NCBI GenBank assembly: GCA_046331705.1
Contig: JAXLQJ010000022.1
Coordinates: 1 to 64,000 of the forward strand
Origin: a bacterium
GTDB taxonomy: Bacteria > JADJOY01
Direction: 5' to 3'
DNA length: 64,000 nucleotides
Positions 56,241 through 64,000 of this stretch are shown piece after piece; positions within the stretch are counted from its first letter, which is position 1, and each line of letters begins with the position of its first letter. The notes below the pieces were generated by a model, which worked only from the letters and a program-made list of their open reading frames with translations, made no database searches and was not told the DNA's origin. Position numbers and translations under genes: made by a program.

Positions 56241-58619
56241 ATGCTGCGTTCGAGATCGATCTTCCGCGACGGGCTCACGTGCTTCGTGGCGATCGCGCTC
56301 GGCCTCGTGGGCTGCGGGGGCGACTCGGGAACGAGCGAGCCCGGATTGCCGGGCGCCAAACCCTTCGAACCGGCGCCGATCGCCGAGCCGTACGTCGACG
56401 CGGCGTATCTGCAGGAGCAAAACCACACCACCAACGAGGTGGACCCGCTGCTCGCGAGCCTCGTTGCGGTGCTGGTACCGCCCCCCGCGTTCGCGGAGTG
56501 GGGAACACCGCTGCAGGTGACGCCGCGGGCGCTGGTGGCGCGAAGCGACGACGAGCTACACGAGCTGGTGACGTTGACCACCGGGGACGCGGATCTCGTC
56601 GCTGCGGCCGCCACAGGGGATTGCGTGGTGCTGGTCTCGCCGCACCAGTTGATCCGCGCGCGCTCGAGCCAGGACATCGAGCGTTTCGCCGCACCCGCGG
56701 GAGTGGAGCTGCTGGGTGCCGCGAGCGCCGGAGACGCGATCGTGTTCTTCGGCTCGGCGGGCGCGGGCGCGCTGCGCGCGAGCGGTGAGCCGAGCTGGCC
56801 CGGCGCCGCTTCGCCGGTATTGCTCGCGGCCACCGAGCGAGCCGGCGCGATCGTCGGCGCCGGCGCGGGCTTCGTGGCCGGTTATGCGAGCGCGGAGGAT
56901 CTGCTCGCCGGACGCGCCGCCTGGACGGTGAGCGGCGGCGTGCTCTCCGACGATCGGATTCGCGCGCTGGTCGCGGACGTGTCGTCACCGCGCGCGATCG
57001 ACGTGGTGGCGATCGGCGAAGGCGGCGTGTACGCGATCGCCGTGACGCAGGGCTCGCAAGGTGCCGTGAGCGCGAAGGTCGTCGACGTGCCCGAGCTGCG
57101 CGCGGGCCGGGTGCCGCTCGGAGGCGCCGCGGCACTTCCGCGCGGCGCCACGCGCGCTGCCGACGGCGGCTTCGCGGTCGCCACCTCGGGCGGTGCCTAT
57201 CGCGCGATCCAGCGCGTCGACGGCTTCGAGTGGCGCGTCTACCCGGCCGAGCGCTGGCTGCCCTCGGAGGACGTGCGCGCCGTCGCAACCGACCCGAGCA
57301 CCCCCGACGGCCCGCTCTGGTTCGCCACGGCGAAGGGACTCGCCACCGTCACCGCCCGCCGCCTGACGCTGGAAGAAAAGCTCGGCCCATTCGTGGACCG
57401 CATCGTCGAGCGCCACGATCGCGACGGCGCCGTCGCCGACTCGCATCTCGTGGTGCGCGGTGACCTGAGCTCGAACGTGAAGTGGGACTCGGACAACGAC
57501 GGCGGCTGGACCGCTTACTGGGTGCTCGGCGAGTGCTACCGCTGGAAGGTCACGGGCGCCGCCGACGCCCGCGCGAACTTCGATCGCGCGATGGAGGGGA
57601 TGCTCAGGCTCTCCGAGATCACCGGCACCGATTACTTCCTGGCGCGCAGCGTGATTCGCAAGTCCACGTGCGATCTCGACGACTGCGACGATCCCGACGA
57701 CGGCGCCTGGTACACGTCCGCCGACGGCGAATGGTGGATCAAGCGCGACACCTCGAACGACGAGGTGATCTCCCACCTCTTCATGATGGGTCCGGCGTAC
57801 GACCTCTGCGCCGACCCCGGCCAGCGCGCCCGGATCCGCAAGCACGTCGGCGGCATCGTGGGCGGCATCATGGACCACGGCTGGCAGCTCATCGACCCCA
57901 TCACCAACGAGGTCACCACCTACGGCCAGTTCGATCCCGGCTACGTCGATTCGCCCGTGGGCGGACGCTTCGCCGACGGCGGTCAGCGGGCGCTGGCGAT
58001 CCTCGCCGGTCTCACCGAAGCGCACTACATGACCGGCGAGCAGCGCTTCCTCGACGGCAAGAAGCAGCTCGTGGACGAGCACGGCTACGCCGACAAGGCG
58101 CAGGCGGAAGTCGACTATCCGCTGCGCGGCCTGAGCTACAGCGGCGACGGCGACGAGCTCTCGGCGCAGGCGTGGTTCGCGCTGCTGCGCTACGAACAAG
58201 ACCCTGCGCTCAGGGCCCGCTGGCTGGATGGCTGGAAGCGTCACCACGAGCACACCGCCCAGCAGCAAGGCGCGCTGTGGGACGTGCTCGACGGCTTCGT
58301 CGGCGGCGAGGTCGCCCCCGGCTTCGCGAACGCGGCGCGCTGGCTGCGCACCGCACCCGTCGACATGATCCGCTGGAACATCCACAACTGGCACCGCCTC
58401 GACCTGGCGCCGCCACCGCTCTTCTACGCGGATCGCGGCCGCCAGCGCAGCGACGGCCGCATCCTCCCCTACGACGAGCGCGCCTGCGAGCGCTGGAACA
58501 CCAGCCAATACCGCATGAACGGCGGCATGGACGCGATGATCGAGATGGACGGCGCCGACGTGCTCGCGCCCTACTGGATGGCGCGCTACGCGGGCTTCAT
58601 CGCGCCCGACGCGCCTTGA
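56241..58619 (+). CDS. Large lipoprotein: propeller-like N-half plus helical glycoside-hydrolase-like C-half, function unknown
   Basis: Lipobox LVGC; WLPSEDVRA...LWFAT.KG; DSDNDGGWT, WIKRDTSNDE, PYWMARY.GF. Confidence 0.65.
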   Translation: MLRSRSIFRDGLTCFVAIALGLVGCGGDSGTSEPGLPGAKPFEPAPIAEPYVDAAYLQEQNHTTNEVDPLLASLVAVLVPPPAFAEWGTPLQVTPRALVARSDDELHELVTLTTGDADLVAAAATGDCVVLVSPHQLIRARSSQDIERFAAPAGVELLGAASAGDAIVFFGSAGAGALRASGEPSWPGAASPVLLAATERAGAIVGAGAGFVAGYASAEDLLAGRAAWTVSGGVLSDDRIRALVADVSSPRAIDVVAIGEGGVYAIAVTQGSQGAVSAKVVDVPELRAGRVPLGGAAALPRGATRAADGGFAVATSGGAYRAIQRVDGFEWRVYPAERWLPSEDVRAVATDPSTPDGPLWFATAKGLATVTARRLTLEEKLGPFVDRIVERHDRDGAVADSHLVVRGDLSSNVKWDSDNDGGWTAYWVLGECYRWKVTGAADARANFDRAMEGMLRLSEITGTDYFLARSVIRKSTCDLDDCDDPDDGAWYTSADGEWWIKRDTSNDEVISHLFMMGPAYDLCADPGQRARIRKHVGGIVGGIMDHGWQLIDPITNEVTTYGQFDPGYVDSPVGGRFADGGQRALAILAGLTEAHYMTGEQRFLDGKKQLVDEHGYADKAQAEVDYPLRGLSYSGDGDELSAQAWFALLRYEQDPALRARWLDGWKRHHEHTAQQQGALWDVLDGFVGGEVAPGFANAARWLRTAPVDMIRWNIHNWHRLDLAPPPLFYADRGRQRSDGRILPYDERACERWNTSQYRMNGGMDAMIEMDGADVLAPYWMARYAGFIAPDAP

Positions 58620-58825
58620 GCGGAGGCGCTTTTCCGCGCCGAACGGCCGGAATCGACGCGCGAGCGCACGCGACCGGCGGAGACCGAGCCCACCGGTTCC
58701 GCCGCCGCGAAGCGCGACCTCGTGCAAGACCCCATTCCCCCGGCCATGCCTGGCGGGCGAGAATGGGACCGCCAGCCGAGGAGCATCTCGGCGGGCTCTC
58801 CCGCGTCACACAGAAGGGGTCTCGA

Positions 58826-60559
58826 ATGACCGTCCGATCCGATCGTGCTCTCGCGTCGTCTTCCCGCGGGTTGCGCTGGCCCGCGTTGCTCGCGTTCGTG
58901 ATCACGCTCGGGTTGCCGCTCGGCGTCGGCGCGACCACCGGGCCCGTGAAGCTCGGCGATCCCGCCGGCAATCCCGGCTCCGTCCACGTGGTGAAGGCCT
59001 CCAAGCACGACATGACCAAGCCGCTGCGCACGATGACGATCGTGCCGGTCCGCCCGCGCAATCACGAGATGGAGCCCGAGCGCACTCGGCGCCCCCTCGG
59101 CACGACGCAGACTCCGGACGCCGCGCTGCAGACGTCCATACCGAGCACCGGCAAGACGATGCCGTCGGCGGCGCTCGAGTTCGAAGGGATGAGCGACGCG
59201 ACCGCGGGCTGCAACTGCACGCCCCCGGACACCAACGGCGAGATCGGCCCCCACCACTTCGTGCAGATGGTGAACAGCGCGCTGCAGGTCTTCGATCGAA
59301 CCGGCACCAGCGTGTGGGGTCCCGCCGACATCAACACGATCTGGGCCGGGTTCGGCGGCTCCTGCGAAACGGAGAATGCAGGCGACCCCGTGGTGGTCTA
59401 CGACCAGCTCGCCGACCGCTGGGTGATCTCCCAGTTCACCGACTCGACCGCCCCCTACTACGAGTGCGTCGCCGTTTCGGCCACCGGCGATCCCTCTGGT
59501 TCCTGGTACCGCTACGCGTTCCAGACCAGCACCACCAAGTTCAACGACTACCCCAAGCTCGGCGTGTGGCCGGACGGCTACTACATGAGCGCCAACCTGT
59601 TCATCGGCAACAGCTGGGCCGGCACCGGTGCCTACGTCATGGATCGCGCCAGCATGCTGACGGGTGCAGCCGCCACGATGCAGTTCTTCGAGCTGCCCGT
59701 GTCCGATTGGGGCGGCATGCTGCCGTCGGACATCGACGGCTTCGCGCTCCCGCCGTCGGGTGCGGTGAACGTGTTCGCGGAGGTCGTGGACGGCGCCTGG
59801 GATCCGGTCAACTGGCCCAACGACGAGCTCCAGTTCCACCAATTCCACGTCGACTGGGCCACGCCCGCCAACACCACCTTCAACTCGAGCCCGATCCAGC
59901 TCGCGGTCTCCACCTTCGACGGCTTGCTCTGCAGCTTCGCCGAGTGCGTGCCCCAGCAGACCGTCGCCCAGAAGCTCGACACGCTCTCCGACCGCCTGAT
60001 GTTCCGGCTCGCCTACCGCAACTTCGGCGATCACGAGGCGCTGGTGCTCAACCACACCGTCGACGCGGGAAGCGATCGCTCCGCGATCCGCTGGTACGAG
60101 ATCCGCAACCCGCGCGCGAATCCGCCCACGATCTATCAGCAGAGCACCTTCGCGCCCGGCTCGCTGCACCGCTGGATGGGCAGCATCGCCATGGACTCCG
60201 AGGGTGACATCGCGCTCGGCTACAGCGGCTCGAGCGCGAGCCAGCATCCCGACCTGCGCTTCACCGGCCGCCTCGTGAGCGATTCGCTCAACAGCTTGCC
60301 GCAAGGCGAGACGGTGTTCCTGACCAGCGCGCGCTCGCAGTTCGGCGCGTCCCGCTGGGGCGACTACAGCGACCTGACGATCGACCCGCGCAACGACTGC
60401 ACGTTCTGGTACACGCACGAGTACGTCGATCCGACGACGGGCAGCGCCTTCAGCTGGCATACCCGCGTGGCGTCGTTCACCTACCCGAGCTGCACCACCA
60501 TCTTCCGTGACAGCTTCGAGATCGGCGCGACGAGCTACTGGGACTCGGCCATTCCCTGA
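58826..60559 (+). CDS. Secreted protein of unknown function (PPD.NG..GP.H motif) with C-terminal IFxDxFE tail
   Basis: Signal peptide; PPDTNGEIGPHHFVQMVN, GDPVVVYDQLADRW, DYPKLGVWPDGYY, RWMGSIAMD, RWGDYS; tail TIFRDSFEIG.TSYW. Confidence 0.75.
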   Translation: MTVRSDRALASSSRGLRWPALLAFVITLGLPLGVGATTGPVKLGDPAGNPGSVHVVKASKHDMTKPLRTMTIVPVRPRNHEMEPERTRRPLGTTQTPDAALQTSIPSTGKTMPSAALEFEGMSDATAGCNCTPPDTNGEIGPHHFVQMVNSALQVFDRTGTSVWGPADINTIWAGFGGSCETENAGDPVVVYDQLADRWVISQFTDSTAPYYECVAVSATGDPSGSWYRYAFQTSTTKFNDYPKLGVWPDGYYMSANLFIGNSWAGTGAYVMDRASMLTGAAATMQFFELPVSDWGGMLPSDIDGFALPPSGAVNVFAEVVDGAWDPVNWPNDELQFHQFHVDWATPANTTFNSSPIQLAVSTFDGLLCSFAECVPQQTVAQKLDTLSDRLMFRLAYRNFGDHEALVLNHTVDAGSDRSAIRWYEIRNPRANPPTIYQQSTFAPGSLHRWMGSIAMDSEGDIALGYSGSSASQHPDLRFTGRLVSDSLNSLPQGETVFLTSARSQFGASRWGDYSDLTIDPRNDCTFWYTHEYVDPTTGSAFSWHTRVASFTYPSCTTIFRDSFEIGATSYWDSAIP

Positions 60560-60723
60560 CCGGCGCCGCTCCATTCCGCGCGCTGAGACGCCGGCCGGTG
60601 GCGGATGCGCGGCTGAGGGGTTGGGTGAGTCGGGCTGACCCCGACGAGCTTGCGCATTGCTGGAAGCCCCGCGACTCGGACGTCCTTGCGCGCGATTCGG
60701 ATGCCTGAGCCACCGAGCGTTCC

Positions 60724-61728
60724 ATGTCCGAGATCCGGCCCGAGGGGCCCCGCCGGGCCATCCCAGGTAGGCCCACGAAGCGCGGTCGCTGCGGGCTGAC
60801 CGGCGCGCTGATTGCCCTCGGGCTCTCGCCCTTCGCGACGGTGACGCGAGCAGCCGCCGAATCGACTCTCGAGAGCGTGGTGACCGAGGTCCTCGAGGAT
60901 CCAGCCCGCACGGAGCGGCCGGCGTACCTGACCGTCGCGCTCGGAGCGTTCGCCCAGCCCCGAGTGAGGTCGGGGGCTGCAACCCTCGACGAACGCCGCG
61001 TGGACGCATCGTTCGGGACCGCGTTTCCGCCCACCGAGGGACTCTTGCTCACCGCCGGGATCGACCTCGCGTACACGAGCCATCGGTGGGAGGATTCCAC
61101 GAAGCTCGCGCTCGCCGAGCCGATCCGCGACCGTTACACCGCGCGTTTCAGCCCCGGGTTCGTGCTCTCGATCACCGAAGGCTGGACGCTCATCGTCGCC
61201 GGCGACCTCGACTCGTCCTTCGCCGACGATGCCGAGCTCGGCGACTCGCTCACCTACGGCGGCATCACGATCTTGTCCCATCGGGTCACCGATACGCTGA
61301 CCATCGCCGGTGTGCTCATCGTCAAGACGCGGCTCGATCGGGACGTGCAGGTGCTGCCGGTGGGTGGCTTCGAGTGGACGCCCACCGCGGGGTTCACCGT
61401 AGAGCTGACTGGCGACGTGGCTGGCCCCACGCTGCGCGCTCGCCATCGCTTTGCGGACCACTGGTGGTGGTCGCTGGCGGGTCGCTTCGAAGACGAGATC
61501 TACCGAATCGATCTCGCGGCGAACGACGAGGGCACGTTCGAAGACGAGCGGATCACGGCGCTGGGCGGGATCACCTGGCGGCCGGGACCGAGGCTCGCGA
61601 TCGGCCTGCGCGCTGGCGTCGCGCTCAGCGACGAGGTCCGCATCGACTCGGCCGCGAAGGGACGCGTCGGCTCCGTTTCGTTCGATCCGAGCCCGGTGGT
61701 CGGCCTGATGCTGGATCTCGGCATCTGA
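60724..61728 (+). CDS. Outer-membrane beta-barrel protein (DUF6268-like)
   Basis: Signal peptide, alternating amphipathic strands, VLPVGGFEW.P motif. Confidence 0.6.
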   Translation: MSEIRPEGPRRAIPGRPTKRGRCGLTGALIALGLSPFATVTRAAAESTLESVVTEVLEDPARTERPAYLTVALGAFAQPRVRSGAATLDERRVDASFGTAFPPTEGLLLTAGIDLAYTSHRWEDSTKLALAEPIRDRYTARFSPGFVLSITEGWTLIVAGDLDSSFADDAELGDSLTYGGITILSHRVTDTLTIAGVLIVKTRLDRDVQVLPVGGFEWTPTAGFTVELTGDVAGPTLRARHRFADHWWWSLAGRFEDEIYRIDLAANDEGTFEDERITALGGITWRPGPRLAIGLRAGVALSDEVRIDSAAKGRVGSVSFDPSPVVGLMLDLGI

Positions 61729-61746
61729 ACGCGACCGGGGATCCGC

Positions 61747-63429
61747 TCAGTACCCCTGGCAGAACGGGCCGACCTGATCGGTGCCGCCGAGAATCGCGTT
61801 GCAGACGAACGCCGGCGTGCCGTAGGCGAACCACGCCTTGCCGTCGGACGATGCGGCGCAGCGGTGGGTCGATGCGGCACCGCCCTTCTCGACCAAGCAG
61901 CTCTCACCGCGGCGCACCACCACGGTCGCAGGGTCGGCACCGGCCTGGGCGGCGCAGAAGCTCGCGACACCGGTTTCGCTCCAGCCCAATGCCGCGGGGA
62001 AGTCCGCGCAGTTGTTCGGCGCGAAGCTGCTCTGGTAGCGGCAGGTCAGCACCTCGCCGTCGACGGGTACCGGGTCGCACGCGCTGCGCGGGCACAGGCT
62101 CGGGTCGGCGACGCACGAGCCATCGGGGCACGCGAAGCTCGTGTCACCCGAGCACCCCGTGTGGACCGGCTCCAGCGTGATGTCCATCGCTTTCACGGTC
62201 TGGCGATGCGCTTCGCCGTCGAAGGGGAACGTGAGCGGCGCGGCGTCCTTGCCGTAGTAGAAGTCACCGTCCACCGGGAGCGGCGGGAACTTGGGCTCGA
62301 GCTGCAGATGGACGTAGAGGTGGTAGGCACCCGAGAGCAACGCCTCGCGGTAGTAGGTGCAACCCGGAATCTCGATCGTGAGCGGCTTCTCCACGTCGAT
62401 GTCGGGGCTCAAGATCTGGTTGGTATCGGTGCCGCCGTCGGGTGGCCGCGCGGGCGGGAACTCCCAGTCGGCGTCGGTGTAGAAGAACGCGAGGAGCTGG
62501 CTCGCGACGTGCGGGAGCTTCTCGGGCACGTGGATGGTGAGCGCGAGCTTGTCGCTCTGCGGACAGACGTCGATGTCGCACTCGGTGGCGACCGAGGGAT
62601 CGGGCGAGAAGTCGGTCTTCACGCACGGTCCGCAACCGCATTGCTCGGGTGGCGCGGCGTCGCCGGTGCGCACGCAACGAACGTCGCCGTAGCTGCACAC
62701 GTGGTTGAAGCCGACGGCGCCGGTGTCGAAGGTGACGTACGCGACCCAGCGCTCGGGATCGTCGACGGCGCGGTCGCTGGCCCAGGTCTCGAGCGGATGG
62801 CCGTGGACGGCAGGGTCCGGCTTGTCGCAGGTACCCGTCAGGGCGCCGGCCCAGTAGCAGCCGTCCGCGCCCGGTCCCGCGTACTCGTCGCCACCCAGGC
62901 ACGCGGGATCGAGGCCGTCGCCGGTCTTGCTGCCGGACCGGACGCCGCACGAGCCGCCGGTCTGGGTGCTCGCGTGGCCCGCCACCAGCGTGCGTAGCTC
63001 GTCGATGGTGGGCACGCGCCAATCGTCGTAGCCGCCCAGCACCAGCTCGTCGCAGTAGCGCTGGGCTTCCTCGGGACGCAGACCGACGTCGGCGGCGGTG
63101 TAGGCGTCCTTCTGCGGGTCCTGCCAGCACAGGCCGGTCTTGGGATCACACCAGACGGGCGGGTGGCAGGTACCGTGATCGTCACACGCGCCCTCCGGGC
63201 AACCGGTGCCAGGCGCCGCCGCGCGAAACGTGCACACCTCGCGTTCGTCACAGACACCGACCCGGCAGGGATCGTCGCTGACGCAGGTGTCCTCGCACGC
63301 GAGCTCCTGCGGCACTCCGCCGCCACCGCCGGCTCCGTCACCGGCGGACCGATCGCAGCCCGACGCCGACAGCCACGCGCACAACCCCGCTGCAGCAACG
63401 AGCCGTGCGAGCGCCGACTGGTGCGACAT
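61747..63429 (-). CDS. Cys-rich lipoprotein with DUF1566 (Lcl C-terminal) domain
   Basis: Lipobox ASGC; Cys-rich repeat; DPKTGLCWQ, YC..L.LGGYDDWRVPTIDELRTL, VRCVR. Confidence 0.8.
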   Translation of the reverse strand: MSHQSALARLVAAAGLCAWLSASGCDRSAGDGAGGGGGVPQELACEDTCVSDDPCRVGVCDEREVCTFRAAAPGTGCPEGACDDHGTCHPPVWCDPKTGLCWQDPQKDAYTAADVGLRPEEAQRYCDELVLGGYDDWRVPTIDELRTLVAGHASTQTGGSCGVRSGSKTGDGLDPACLGGDEYAGPGADGCYWAGALTGTCDKPDPAVHGHPLETWASDRAVDDPERWVAYVTFDTGAVGFNHVCSYGDVRCVRTGDAAPPEQCGCGPCVKTDFSPDPSVATECDIDVCPQSDKLALTIHVPEKLPHVASQLLAFFYTDADWEFPPARPPDGGTDTNQILSPDIDVEKPLTIEIPGCTYYREALLSGAYHLYVHLQLEPKFPPLPVDGDFYYGKDAAPLTFPFDGEAHRQTVKAMDITLEPVHTGCSGDTSFACPDGSCVADPSLCPRSACDPVPVDGEVLTCRYQSSFAPNNCADFPAALGWSETGVASFCAAQAGADPATVVVRRGESCLVEKGGAASTHRCAASSDGKAWFAYGTPAFVCNAILGGTDQVGPFCQGY

Positions 63430-63568
63430 CGTCTCCCCCTCCTCGAGCTGCCGCCGGGCCCCGTCCGGCCGCGCCGCAGGGCGCCCGCGCGAGCGCCGTC
63501 GCCGAATCTACGGCACGGCGCACGCGGATTCGACGCTGCTCCGACCCAGAGCTTGCGCACCAGGGCGG

Positions 63569-63612
63569 TTGTTGATATTTTGTATAGGTATTGACAACGT
63601 ATTGAGCAGGGA
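63569..63612. promoter_or_regulatory. Four tandem 11-bp direct repeats (CarH/LitR-like operator)
   Basis: TTG recurs at 63569, 63580, 63591 and 63602; the minus strand reads TCAACA, TATACA, TTGTCA, TGCTCA at 11-bp spacing in an AT-rich patch. Confidence 0.55.
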
Positions 63613-63618
63613 GAACCG

Positions 63619-64000
63619 ATGCGCACGAGTGATCCCGGAAGCAACCGAATCCGCGTGGGAGTGAGCGCCTGCCTGGTGGGCGCGCAAGTCCGCTTCGATG
63701 GCGGCCACAAGCGCGACCGGCGGGTCGCCGAGACGCTGGCGCGCCACTTCGAGCTGGTGACGGTCTGTCCGGAGGTCGAGGTGGGCATGGGCACGCCACG
63801 CGAGACCGTGCGTCTCGTGAGCGATCGGGAGCGGCCACGGCTCGTGACGTCGCGCAGCGCCGTGGATTGGACCGAGCGCATGGAGAGCTACGCGACGGCG
63901 CGGGTGACCCGGGCGGACCTCGCGGATCTCCGAGGCTTCATCCTCAAGAGCGACTCGCCGAGCTGCGGCCTGGAGCGCGTCCGGGTGTACGGCGCGAGCG
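63619..64000 (+). CDS. DUF523 (YbbK/TudS-like) domain protein, probably DUF523-DUF1722 (YbgA-type), truncated by window edge
   Basis: Not in the ORF track. Manual translation: RVGVSACLVG..VRFDGGHK, VCPEVEVGMGTPRE, GFILKSDSPSCG. Confidence 0.88.
   Translation, partial: MRTSDPGSNRIRVGVSACLVGAQVRFDGGHKRDRRVAETLARHFELVTVCPEVEVGMGTPRETVRLVSDRERPRLVTSRSAVDWTERMESYATARVTRADLADLRGFILKSDSPSCGLERVRVYGAS

Noticed and set aside
60580-60720. Possible riboswitch upstream of the beta-barrel gene
   Set aside because: Only short 6-7 bp GC-rich complementarities and no cobalamin, TPP or c-di-GMP consensus that I can identify.

Overview
Very GC-rich, gene-dense chromosomal segment from a diderm bacterium. Many lipoproteins, multiheme cytochromes, a MYXO-CTERM-like tail and sigma-54 promoters suggest a Myxococcota/Binatia-like deltaproteobacterium (inference). 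I found no rRNA, tRNA, CRISPR array or transposase. Most long ORFs in the supplied track are shadow frames, so I re-called starts from ATGA/GTGA overlaps, RBSs and signal peptides. Main items: (1) A ~9.6 kb minus-strand operon (10788-20430) resembling a complete trans-envelope electron conduit: five multiheme c-type cytochromes (40 CXXCH plus 8 long-spacer CXnCH motifs by my count), a beta-barrel porin and an inner-membrane cytochrome b. It lies directly behind an ECF sigma/ChrR-like anti-sigma pair and divergent from an orphan type III PKS. (2) An unannotated ~160-nt four-way-junction structured element at 1493-1652. (3) A sigma-54-preceded amino-sugar operon whose enzyme set parallels the Arn pathway and includes an apparently dead deacetylase fused to a GT2. 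(4) A tandem two-domain AdoMetDC-like protein with one cleavage site. (5) A norR-ric-qNOR NO-response module. (6) A CarH/LitR-like 11-bp repeat operator before a DUF523/DUF1722 gene. All family assignments come from motif recognition by eye, not database searches.
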